Origin: an uncultured Acidobacteriota bacterium
GTDB taxonomy: Bacteria > Actinomycetota > Acidimicrobiia > Spongiisociales > ZC4RG35
DNA: 64,000 bases
Reading direction: 5' to 3'
Assembly (NCBI GenBank): GCA_963778755.1
Contig: CAVZVJ010000010.1
Location: forward strand, 34,207-98,206
The translations under genes were made by a program, and so were the position numbers. Below are positions 19,705 to 28,470 of this stretch, in pieces; positions within the stretch are counted from its first letter, which is position 1; every line of letters begins with the position of its first letter. The notes under the pieces are model-generated. The model had not been told where the DNA came from, made no database searches, and worked only from the letters and a program-made list of their open reading frames with translations.

Positions 19705-21332
19705 GGTGGGCTCCCTACGACCCACCACACCCTTGCGGCCAGCGAAGGTGCTGGTCAGCGGCGATTTCGGGCAGGTCGGCGACAGTCCCATCAGGCATTT
19801 GGATACTCACTCCCACCCCGGTCGCATCGCCGAGCCCGAAGTGGGCCACCGGAAGATGTCCAGAGGCGTACCCGCCCCCGGCAGCTGATCGCCTGACGTC
19901 CGATCAGCACACCATCCGGTGCCGAAACGGTGATCGTGGCGCCGATGCCGCGCCCCGGGCCGCCGATGGAGACCTCGAGCCAGTGGCCGCTATCCCCGGT
20001 GTTGTGGAACATGATCGAGGCTAGGGAGGGCTCCCACTCGACTGCAAAGACGTCGAGTCGCCCGTCCCGATCGATGTCGACCACGGGGGCGCCCACCCAG
20101 TATTGATCCGAGCCCAGGCCCGGTGAGATCTCGAAGCCCAGATCCTCACCGCCGAGGTTTCGGTAGACGGCGGGGGCGGCGCCGTCCCCGGCCGAGGCCG
20201 AGGTGACGATGTCGGGCCAGGTGTCGTTGTCGATGTCAGCGATCTCGACATGGGGGGCGAGGGTGGGGAGCGGGTCCAGCGTGAACTCTTCGAATCCACT
20301 CTCCATGTTCAAGAAGACCCGGACCGGGACCTCGGAGTCGAACTCCACCGTCGCCCGATAGTGCTGGCCGACGACGATGTCGAGCCTCCCATCCTTGTTT
20401 AGGTCACCCAAGGCGATTCCGGCGGGATCGTCTTCGTTGCCGATCGGGATGGCTGCGTAGTCAGATGGGGTGACCTCTTCGAAGTCCAGACCACCGTGGT
20501 TGAGGAACACTGCGGTGGAGGTGACCAGGTCCGGCCGGCCATCCTCGTTGAGGTCTCCGGCGGCGGCACTGAGGGCAAAGACACCTTCCAGCCCGGAGCC
20601 GTCCGTCACATCGGTGAATTCGAGACCGCCCTCATTGTGGAGAAGGAGGCCACCGGTCTCACCGGAGTTGTCCTCGGACACATACACATCGAGGAGTCCG
20701 TCACCGTCGAAGTCGGCGACCGCCGGGGTGCGACCCCGGAAGTCCGGGGGAAGGATTTCGCTATGCGGTTGGAGCACCCCGTCGACGTTTTCGAAGATGC
20801 GGCTCGGAGTCTCGTTGTCGGCGGAGCGCCCGGCGTGCCGGATGAGGAGGAGGTCGTCGTCGCCATCACCATCGAAGTCGGCGAATACCGCTCCTGAGGT
20901 GCGGCCCAGCTCGGTGCTCCACCCGTCCTCAGGCCTCAGCTCGGGATGGCTCAGTAGCAACTGGTCGGGACGGGGCCCGTCTGCCCCCCGGACCTGATAG
21001 GCCTCGATCTCCCGGTCACCGAAAGTACCGAACACGAGGTCCGGATGATCGTCGGCGTTGGGATCCCCGAAGGCGGCGGTGTGCCCGTACATTCCGATCA
21101 GTGGCTGGACCAACCCCATTTCCTCGGTGACGTCTTCGAACGTGATCGGTCCCGGTGTTCCTGCCGTGGGGGCGGTCCAACAGGTCAGATCACCCGAGGC
21201 ACCAGTGGTCCCGGGCGTGGCCGTTGGGGTGGTCGAGGGCCCACTCTCGGTGGAGTCTGGCCCCGGGCCGCCCGAAGCAGTGCAGGCCACCACGACAAAG
21301 GCGAGGAGACAGCTCGCCAGACTCCGGCTCAT
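19705..21332 (-). CDS. FG-GAP/VCBS-repeat protein with ASPIC/UnbV C-terminal domain (CRTAC1-like), lipoprotein; C-terminus frameshifted near 19883
   Basis: It has repeated DxDGDG Ca-binding loops (DFDGDGDDDLLLI, ADFDGDGLLDVYV, GDLNEDGRPDLV, GDLNKDGRLDIVV, VDIDRDGRLDVF) and a lipobox VVAC. The ORF-track C-terminus (...CRGRVRLWTSS...) is not family-like. Shifting one base at about 19883 gives AGGGYASGHLPVAHFGLGDATGVGVSIQMPDGTVADLPEIAADQHLRWPQG*, the canonical ASPIC/UnbV ending. The stop then falls at 19705-19707. Confidence 0.8.
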
Positions 21333-22693
21333 AGCCCTTCGATGACCACCAGCACCGGGACGCCGAACCCCGAGTCGTCATCGAGAGGGGAGGCATTGAC
21401 TCCGAGGATGAGCCGGCCGTCGTCGTAGACGAGGGAATAGCTGCCTCCAGGGAGGAGCTCGAGCTTGTCCCCGAATGGTTCGAGAAGGGAGGTCACTTCG
21501 GTGATCTCCCCGGTCGCGGTGTCCATCGAGCGCACCGGGGCGCCGATCTCCCAGGCCCCGCCGTGGGCATCAGGCATCCAGAAGATTCGTGAGCCATCAG
21601 GTGTCATCGCAATCGAAGTGACGCTCCCGCCGGGATCGCCGAGATCGGTCAAGGTCCCATCAGGAGAGATGGAGAAGAGGCCGGGTTCGTCATCCGCTGC
21701 CCCGTAGACCGTCCCATCGGGTGCGGGCCGGGTCACCGACCGGAGCCACCAACCGGGCAGGGTGACCTCCATATCGGTGAACTCCCCGGAAGCAGGGTCC
21801 AGCGAAGCGAGTCGGTTGTCGCCGATCGAGTAAAAGATGTTGCCGCTCACCGGGTCGATTCCCAGGGCCCGGAAGCCCTCCTGACGTGGATCCTCGACCT
21901 GGTTGAGGGTTTCTCGGGTCGAGGTGTCATACACCGTCAACATCCCACGGTCGGGCTCCTCCGACTCGACGTCGACGGAACCGGCCACCAGAGTCCGCCC
22001 GTCACCGGCGATGGTCATCGTGGGGTTGCCATGCTCTCCGGCGAAGGGACCCCGGTCCGAGATGGTCCGGGCGTCGGGCTGGATCTCGAGCAGACGATCG
22101 CCCTCGTATCCATTGGCGTAGGTCAGGTTGTCCCGCGTGCCCCAGTAGGTGGCGGCCCACACCGACCCACATCGATCCCTGACCATCTGGGCGTGAATCT
22201 TCCCGTAGCCAAAGGACCCGGTCTCGTGAGGGACCACGGAGAGAACATCCCCGAACCGGGTCAGTGTGCGTTGACCCTCGTCGTAGACGAATAGGTAGGA
22301 GTTGGCATCGACCCCGAGATGGTCGCCGACGGCGGATAGGTGGCGGCCGTCGCCGAGGGCGATCCCCTGGCCCCACTGGGTCCACAGCCCCGCGGTGGGC
22401 CCGGGAAGCGGATATTCAGCGGCGTAGACCTCGACTCCGTCGTCGGAGGAGATCTGCTCCAGGGTGACGGTGCCGTCGTCCCGCCAGTCGACACCGTCTG
22501 AGGGGGGCTGGCAGCCCTCGGCAGAGGTGGTGGCCGGCTGGCTCCCGATGGTGGTGGACCCGGTCGCCGGGCTTCCGGCGGATGAGACGGTGGGGTCGGG
22601 GCTGCTCCCCGGGGCACTGGTGCACGCCAGCAAACAGCCCATCGAGACCAAGATTGCCAACTGGAAGACCCGACCGCTGCGCGCGTTAGCCAC
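21329..22693 (-). CDS. Hypothetical lipoprotein, beta-propeller-like repeat architecture
   Basis: This 454-aa protein has a lipobox (LLAC) and then a Ser/Thr/Pro linker. It has repetitive G-x-hydrophobic-Y/F-x-x-x-D blocks. Its stop overlaps the start of the FG-GAP gene (ATGA), which implies co-transcription. Confidence 0.6.
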   Translation of the reverse strand: MANARSGRVFQLAILVSMGCLLACTSAPGSSPDPTVSSAGSPATGSTTIGSQPATTSAEGCQPPSDGVDWRDDGTVTLEQISSDDGVEVYAAEYPLPGPTAGLWTQWGQGIALGDGRHLSAVGDHLGVDANSYLFVYDEGQRTLTRFGDVLSVVPHETGSFGYGKIHAQMVRDRCGSVWAATYWGTRDNLTYANGYEGDRLLEIQPDARTISDRGPFAGEHGNPTMTIAGDGRTLVAGSVDVESEEPDRGMLTVYDTSTRETLNQVEDPRQEGFRALGIDPVSGNIFYSIGDNRLASLDPASGEFTDMEVTLPGWWLRSVTRPAPDGTVYGAADDEPGLFSISPDGTLTDLGDPGGSVTSIAMTPDGSRIFWMPDAHGGAWEIGAPVRSMDTATGEITEVTSLLEPFGDKLELLPGGSYSLVYDDGRLILGVNASPLDDDSGFGVPVLVVIEGL

Positions 22694-22737
22694 CCTTCTC
22701 CGCGGTCAGAGTGTACTTACAGTGAAATCGGAGGCGG

Positions 22738-23271
22738 CTAGGCGTCCCGGTACTTGAGCCCGAGGTAGATCCCGGCGACGGCGTCGACCAAGAGCATGAC
22801 GGCGAAGAGAATGATCAGCAGGTCGACGGTGAACTGGGCGTTGAACAAGACCAGCATCCCGAGGATGATGCTGACCGCCCCGAACACTCCCGCGCCGAGC
22901 CCTCCTCCACGGAAGGCCCCGACGAAGCCGGCGATGCCGATCAGGATCCCCATCACTCCGAGAAATACACCGAAGGTGCCCTTGAGGAAGTTGGTGCTGT
23001 CCTGGGGATTCATGAGGACAACGATCCCGGCGATCATCCCCAAGAGGCCGATGGCGACCTTCCACCCCCAATCACTGCTGTCGATGAACACCGAAAACAC
23101 CATGAACGCACCGTGGATGAGCCACCAGAGGCCGAGGATCACGACAACCAATGTGAGGGCCTCTTCCCCGCGGATGAGGAGGATGATCCCGAAAATGGCG
23201 GCGGTGATGCCGCCGAGGAGAAACGCGTAATTGACCGTTCGTTCCGGGGATGCCGTGACAGCCATTTTCAA
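22738..23271 (-). CDS. HdeD/DUF308-family membrane protein
   Basis: This 177-aa protein has six hydrophobic helices. It shows the repeated GxxxxIxGIILLI / LxGxWWLIxG pattern typical of DUF308. Confidence 0.7.
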   Translation of the reverse strand: MKMAVTASPERTVNYAFLLGGITAAIFGIILLIRGEEALTLVVVILGLWWLIHGAFMVFSVFIDSSDWGWKVAIGLLGMIAGIVVLMNPQDSTNFLKGTFGVFLGVMGILIGIAGFVGAFRGGGLGAGVFGAVSIILGMLVLFNAQFTVDLLIILFAVMLLVDAVAGIYLGLKYRDA

Positions 23272-23350
23272 ACTCCTTATAGGCCCGTTGCGAGCGAGCC
23301 AAAGATACCTGGCGGGATGCTCGGCGCGGCGGATCGATTAGCTTCGGGCA

Positions 23351-24661
23351 GTGCCTTCCATTCGCAGCCGGCGTGTCGTTCTGTCGGATGGGGTGCGGGC
23401 GGCCACCATTCGCCACGAGGACGGTGTCATCGTCGAGATAGGGGAAGGGACCGCCGACGAGGACTTTGGGGATCTGGTTGTAATGCCGGGCCTCGTCGAT
23501 TCACACGTCCACGTCAATGACCCAGGTCGCGCTGGTTGGGAAGGGTTTCCGACCGCGACCAGGGCGGCGGCGGCCGGGGGCACGACGACCATCGTCGATA
23601 TGCCACTGAACTCGATCCCGCCGACCGTCGACCCCGAGGCGCTAGCCGTCAAAAGATCCGCGGCCAGCGGGGCGATCATGGTCGACGTCGCCTTCTGGGG
23701 CGGTCTGATCCCTGGTTCCGAAAAGTGGCTGGAGCCACTGGCCAAAGCTGGTGTCTGCGGCTTCAAGTCGTTTCTCGTCGACTCCGGGGTCCCGGAGTTT
23801 CCCCCAATGAGCCTCGAAGGCCTGGAGAGGGCGATGCCCGAGCTTGCCCGCATCGGGGTTCCCCTGTTGCTCCACGCCGAGGACCCGGCCCAGCTACATC
23901 CAATAACCGGCGATCCTCGGAGCTACGGCAGATACCTGGAATCGCGGCCCCCAGAGTGCGAAGCGGAGGCGATCGAGGAAGCCATCGCCCTTGCCCGACG
24001 CACGGATGGGCAGATTCATGTGCTCCATGTCTCCTCGGCTGACGCGGTCGATGTGTTGCGTGGAGCAGGGCCTGGTGTCAGCGCCGAGACCTGTCCCCAT
24101 TACCTCACGTTCACCGCCGAGGAAATCGGAATTGGGGCCACCGAATACAAGTGCGCACCCCCAATCAGGGGCATCGCCCATCGGGAGGCGCTCTGGGAGG
24201 GGTTGCGGGATGGGACGCTGGCCATGGTCGTCTCCGATCACTCACCTTCACCGCCCGAGCTCAAAGCGGCCGAGACCGGAGATTTCGGCGCCGCCTGGGG
24301 TGGCATCAGCTCTTTGCAGATCCGGCTCCAGGCAACCTGGACCGAGGCCAGCAATCGGGGCTTCGGGCTCGACCGGCTCACCGAGTGGCTGTCGAGCGCC
24401 CCGGCCCGTCTTGCCGGACTGGAGCGGAAAGGGGCCATCGAAGTGGGGATGGATGCCGATTTCGTGGTCTGGGACCCCGACGGAATCAACGACGTGGTGG
24501 GCGCCGGGCTGGAGCACCGTCATCCCCTCACCCCATACGAGGGGATGCGGCTGAGGGGGAAAGTGGAGAAGGTGATCCTGGGCGGGCAAACTCTTTTCGC
24601 CCCGGCGACAGGAGTCATCGGGGATGGAGGCAGGATGTTGGAGCGAGCATGGTCGATCTGA
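23351..24661 (+). CDS. allB: Allantoinase
   Basis: This cyclic amidohydrolase has GLVDSHVHVNDPGRAGWEGF, the allantoinase-type variant of the HxH motif. The carboxylated-Lys context is CGFKSFL. It is the first gene of the uricolytic operon and uses a GTG start. Confidence 0.9.
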   Translation: MPSIRSRRVVLSDGVRAATIRHEDGVIVEIGEGTADEDFGDLVVMPGLVDSHVHVNDPGRAGWEGFPTATRAAAAGGTTTIVDMPLNSIPPTVDPEALAVKRSAASGAIMVDVAFWGGLIPGSEKWLEPLAKAGVCGFKSFLVDSGVPEFPPMSLEGLERAMPELARIGVPLLLHAEDPAQLHPITGDPRSYGRYLESRPPECEAEAIEEAIALARRTDGQIHVLHVSSADAVDVLRGAGPGVSAETCPHYLTFTAEEIGIGATEYKCAPPIRGIAHREALWEGLRDGTLAMVVSDHSPSPPELKAAETGDFGAAWGGISSLQIRLQATWTEASNRGFGLDRLTEWLSSAPARLAGLERKGAIEVGMDADFVVWDPDGINDVVGAGLEHRHPLTPYEGMRLRGKVEKVILGGQTLFAPATGVIGDGGRMLERAWSI

Positions 24662-26079
24662 TATCGAGTTCAGTTGGAGGGCGGATCGTCGCCTGCAACG
24701 ACGAGTTCTTCGCGCCGGCATCCAATCTGATCTCCCTCACCGATCCGATCGCCAATTCCGAGTACACCGATCGTGGGAAGTGGATGGACGGCTGGGAGAC
24801 GAGGCGCCGACGCGAACCGGGGCACGACTGGTGTGTGATCGCCCTCGGGGTGCCGGGCCGTGTCGAGCAGGTGACCGTCGACACCTCTTTCTTCACCGGT
24901 AACTACGCCGAGTCCTTCTCACTCGACGGATGTGGTGAAGATGACGATGGGCACCTCGAGACCGCCGTATGGGAGGAGGTGCTGGCCCAGACGGCGCTCT
25001 CGGGCGATTCCCAGGCGTCGTTCAGCGTGGCCAATCCACACCGGTTCACCTATCTCCGGCTCAACATCTTCCCGGACGGAGGGGTGGCGCGGTTGCGGGT
25101 CGACGGCGCTCCGATCCCCTCCCGATCCGAGGTGTGCCCTGACGGGGAAGCGGTCGACCTGGCCTCAGTGTTGGTCGGGGGGGAGGCCGTCAACGCCTCC
25201 GATATCCACTACTCCCCACCCTCCAACCTGCTCCGGCACACCGACCCGGCGGGTATGTGGGACGGCTGGGAGACCAAGCGGCGGCGCGGCCCTGGCAACG
25301 ACTGGGTGGAGTTGCGTCTCGGGATGCCGGGAACCGTTGAGGCAGTGGTGATCGACACCCGGCATTTCAAGGGCAACGCCCCGGGATGGGTTTCGATCTC
25401 GGTCTCAGAGAACGGATCCGATTGGGCCCTGGTCCTGGATCGGATTGCAGTAACCCCCCATGACGTGGCTCGTCTCGAATTCCCGGCGCCGGCCCACGCC
25501 GCTTTCCTGCGGATCGACATTCATCCCGACGGAGGGCTGGCCCGGGTGAAGGCGCTGGGTCGTCCCGACGGTGACGCCGCGGTTGAGAAGCGAATGTCCT
25601 ATCTGAACTCATTGACCGAATCGGCAGCGAGGCGTTTCTTCAGACATGCTTGCGCATCTGCCGTCTGGGGTGAATCGATGCTGGCCGCACGCCCACTTCC
25701 CGGAATCGACGATGTGCTCGCAGCGGGCGAGATCGCATTCGACCGGCTGACCGAGGCGGACTGGCTGGAGGCGTTCGCCGGGCATCCCCGGATCGGAGAG
25801 CGGGGGGATGAAACCGCCAATCAGGAGCAGGCCGGCGCCGCCCGGGCGACGACTGACACCCTGGACAACATCGCGGCCGTCAACCGTGAGTATGAGGAGC
25901 GGTTCGGGTTCACCTATATCGTCTATGCCACCGGCAAGACGGCTGAGGAGATGCTGGCGATCGCACGGGCACGGCTGGACAACAGCAGGGAGCAGGAGTT
26001 CGAAACTGCCTCCCGGGAACAGCGGGCGATCACGGATACCAGACTTCGAAGAATGTTGTGCGAAGGAGACCAGAAGTGA
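24649..26079 (+). CDS. alc: Allantoicase fused to OHCU decarboxylase (bifunctional Alc-UraD)
   Basis: Two allantoicase repeats (KWMDGWETRRRREPGHDW and GMWDGWETKRRRGPGNDW) are followed in the same frame by an OHCU-decarboxylase module (AFAGHPRIGER..., FGFTYIVYATGKTAEEML). The start is at MVDLISS (ATG 24649) and overlaps the allB stop. The upstream 166 codons of the ORF lie inside allB. Confidence 0.85.
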   Translation: MVDLISSSVGGRIVACNDEFFAPASNLISLTDPIANSEYTDRGKWMDGWETRRRREPGHDWCVIALGVPGRVEQVTVDTSFFTGNYAESFSLDGCGEDDDGHLETAVWEEVLAQTALSGDSQASFSVANPHRFTYLRLNIFPDGGVARLRVDGAPIPSRSEVCPDGEAVDLASVLVGGEAVNASDIHYSPPSNLLRHTDPAGMWDGWETKRRRGPGNDWVELRLGMPGTVEAVVIDTRHFKGNAPGWVSISVSENGSDWALVLDRIAVTPHDVARLEFPAPAHAAFLRIDIHPDGGLARVKALGRPDGDAAVEKRMSYLNSLTESAARRFFRHACASAVWGESMLAARPLPGIDDVLAAGEIAFDRLTEADWLEAFAGHPRIGERGDETANQEQAGAARATTDTLDNIAAVNREYEERFGFTYIVYATGKTAEEMLAIARARLDNSREQEFETASREQRAITDTRLRRMLCEGDQK

Positions 26080-26393
26080 CGTCAGTAAGTACCCATGTCC
26101 TCGACACCTCCAGCGGCGAGCCAATGGAGGGGGTCACCGTCACCATCGAGCGCTCCCTCGACGGCCACTGGCAGCACATGTCCGATGGAGTCACCGATGT
26201 CAACGGGCGGATTGTGATGCTCGCCGGGGCAGTGTTCACCGGGGTCTACCGGTTGGTGTTCGAAACCGGGGACGCAGGCAACACCTTCTATCCGCAGGTC
26301 CACGTCGTGGTGTCTTTGGACGAAGAGGAGGATCACTACCACATCCCCCTCCTCCTCAGCCCCTTCGGGTACACCACGTATCGGGGTAGCTGA
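26076..26393 (+). CDS. uraH: 5-hydroxyisourate hydrolase (transthyretin-like)
   Basis: It has STHVLDTSSGEPMEGVTV near the N-terminus and HYHIPLLLSPFGYTTYRGS at the C-terminus, the YRGS signature. A GTG at 26076 lies 7 nt after GAAGGAG and overlaps the upstream stop. The ORF-track start (GTG at 26058) is less likely. Confidence 0.9.
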   Translation: MTSVSTHVLDTSSGEPMEGVTVTIERSLDGHWQHMSDGVTDVNGRIVMLAGAVFTGVYRLVFETGDAGNTFYPQVHVVVSLDEEEDHYHIPLLLSPFGYTTYRGS

Positions 26394-26395
26394 GA

Positions 26396-27214
26396 GTGGC
26401 CCGATTAGGCGATAACCGCTGGGGCAAGTCGGAGATCCGTGTCTCCAAGATCCACCGCGGAGAGACCCGCGACGACTTCTCTGACGTGACCGTCCAGGTC
26501 CTGCTCGAAGGTGATGTCGACGCCGCTCATACGGCTGGCGACAACCAGGCGGTGCTCCCCACCGACACCATGAAGAACACGGTCTACGCGATGGCCGAAG
26601 AGCACCTGGGTCGCGATCTCGAGGGTTTCGCTGACGTTCTCTGCAGGTGGTTCCTGGGTCGTGACGGCGTGGATTCCGCCACCGTCACGGTCGCCGAGAA
26701 ACTCTGGGAGCGGGTTTCGGATACCGGGTTCGTGGGCGGGGGCGCCGAGAGGCGGATTGCCCGGGTGTCCGTTGGGGACGAGGCCGCCGGTACCTGGGCC
26801 GGGATCGAGGGCCTGGTGGTTCTCAAGACCAGAGGCTCAGCCTTCACCGGTTTCCCCCGCGATGACTTCACCCTTCTTCCCGAGGCCGAGGATCGGATCC
26901 TGGCCACATCGGTGACCGCCGACTGGCGTTATGACCCGGTTCCCGCAGACACGACGTCGGCCTGGGAAACCGTGCGCCGGACATTGATGGAGAGGTTCTT
27001 TGCCGATTGGTCGGCGTCGGTGCAACACCAGGGATGGCTCATGGCCGAAGCGGCCTTGGCGGCAGTCTCCGAGATCTCCGAGATCAGCCTCCACCTCCCC
27101 AACCAGCACCATCTCGCGTTCGATCTCACCCGATTTGGGATGACCGACGAAGGTGTCGTCTTCCAGCCGGTCTCGGAGCCCTACGGCGACATCGCCCTCA
27201 CCGTCGTGCGATAG
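26396..27214 (+). CDS. uox: Urate oxidase (cofactor-independent uricase)
   Basis: It has WGKSEIRVSKIHR..., VLPTDTMKNTVYAMA and NQHHLAFDL, the tandem T-fold uricase pattern. It uses a GTG start 2 nt after the HIU hydrolase stop. Confidence 0.9.
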   Translation: MARLGDNRWGKSEIRVSKIHRGETRDDFSDVTVQVLLEGDVDAAHTAGDNQAVLPTDTMKNTVYAMAEEHLGRDLEGFADVLCRWFLGRDGVDSATVTVAEKLWERVSDTGFVGGGAERRIARVSVGDEAAGTWAGIEGLVVLKTRGSAFTGFPRDDFTLLPEAEDRILATSVTADWRYDPVPADTTSAWETVRRTLMERFFADWSASVQHQGWLMAEAALAAVSEISEISLHLPNQHHLAFDLTRFGMTDEGVVFQPVSEPYGDIALTVVR

Positions 27215-27219
27215 ACACC

Positions 27220-28467
27220 ATGGATATCTCCCAGGATCTAGCCCTGATCTTCTTGCTCATCGGCCTGTTCGTGTTCTCGGTGTTCATTTCTGCAGTGGAG
27301 ACGGCCTTTCTCCGGATTCCGGCAGTGCGGGTCCACACCCTGGCGGAGGAGGGGAGTCGATCAGCCAAGAAACTGGCTCAACTGACCGACCGCCTGCCTG
27401 AGGTGCTCAACGCGATCCTTCTGGCCGCGCTGCTCTCTCAGATCGGGGCGGCCACCGTGGCCGGGATCCTCGCTGCCCAATGGTGGGACGCCCTTGGCGT
27501 CACCATCGCCTCGGCAGTCCTCACCTTTCTCCTCTACATCTACGCGGAGGCAATCCCCAAGACCTATGCGGTCCACCATCCGGACCGGGTGGCTCTCACC
27601 CTCGCCTACCCGTTGGCCGCGGTGGTGACGGTCTTGAAGCCATTCGTGAAGGTCCTGGTTTGGATCGCGGACATCCAGATGCCTGGCAAGGGAGTGGTGA
27701 CCTCCCCGACTATCACCGAGAACGAGTTGCGAATGCTCGCCTCCAGGGCCGCCATCGAGGGCGAGATCACCTCCGATGACCTGGAGTTGATCGAGCGGGC
27801 GTTTCGGATCGGCGATCGCCAGGTCGACGACATCATGGTCCCCCGCCCCGACATCGTCGCGGTCGACGGCAACTCGTCGGTGGCCTTCGCCCTTCAGGCC
27901 GCTCTGGCCGCCGGCCATCGCCGGGTGCCGATCTTCGTGGGCAGCATCGACAACATCACTGGAGTGGTGAAACTCCACAATCTGATCCAGGTGCCCGAGG
28001 ACCGGCGCGACGACCTCCCGGTGTCGAGGTTGAGCGAGGACGTGCTGGTGGTCCCCGAGTCGAAGCGTGTCCTGGGGTTGTTGACCGAGATGCAAGATGC
28101 CGGAACCCATCTCGCCGTGGTCGTAGATGAGTACGGGAGCACGGCAGGGTTGGTGACCATCGAGGACATCGCCGAGGAGGTCATGGGCTCGATCAGCGAG
28201 GGGCCCGACGAGGCGGGCGTCGTCCACGTGGCCGAGGACGAATGGCTGATCGATGGTTCCTTGCCCGTGGAAGATCTCTCCGAGATCCTCGACGAAGACC
28301 TCGACGACACTGACTGGAACACGGCGGCTGGGTTGGTCTTGAGCCTGCTCGGTCGTCTTCCCCACGTCGGGGACGAAGTGACCTTTGGCCACCACGTGCT
28401 CCGGGTGGTGAGCGTCCGCGGCCGCCGGATCACCCGGATCGAGGTGCGTCGGATCAAGAAGCCTTGA
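27220..28467 (+). CDS. CNNM/CorC/HlyC-family transporter (DUF21 + CBS pair + CorC_HlyC domain)
   Basis: The N-terminal DUF21 membrane domain (FISAVETAFLRI) is followed by a CBS pair (IMVPRPDIVAV... HLAVVVDEYGSTAGLVTIEDI) and a C-terminal transporter-associated domain. The ATG at 27220 lies 5 nt after the uricase stop. Confidence 0.85.
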   Translation: MDISQDLALIFLLIGLFVFSVFISAVETAFLRIPAVRVHTLAEEGSRSAKKLAQLTDRLPEVLNAILLAALLSQIGAATVAGILAAQWWDALGVTIASAVLTFLLYIYAEAIPKTYAVHHPDRVALTLAYPLAAVVTVLKPFVKVLVWIADIQMPGKGVVTSPTITENELRMLASRAAIEGEITSDDLELIERAFRIGDRQVDDIMVPRPDIVAVDGNSSVAFALQAALAAGHRRVPIFVGSIDNITGVVKLHNLIQVPEDRRDDLPVSRLSEDVLVVPESKRVLGLLTEMQDAGTHLAVVVDEYGSTAGLVTIEDIAEEVMGSISEGPDEAGVVHVAEDEWLIDGSLPVEDLSEILDEDLDDTDWNTAAGLVLSLLGRLPHVGDEVTFGHHVLRVVSVRGRRITRIEVRRIKKP

Positions 28468-28470
28468 TCG

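Noticed and set aside
24151-24648. A 166-codon N-terminal extension of the allantoicase ORF
   Set aside because: It lies inside allB in another frame and has an Arg/Gly-rich composition. The family-like sequence begins at MVDLISS (24649), which is start-stop coupled to allB.
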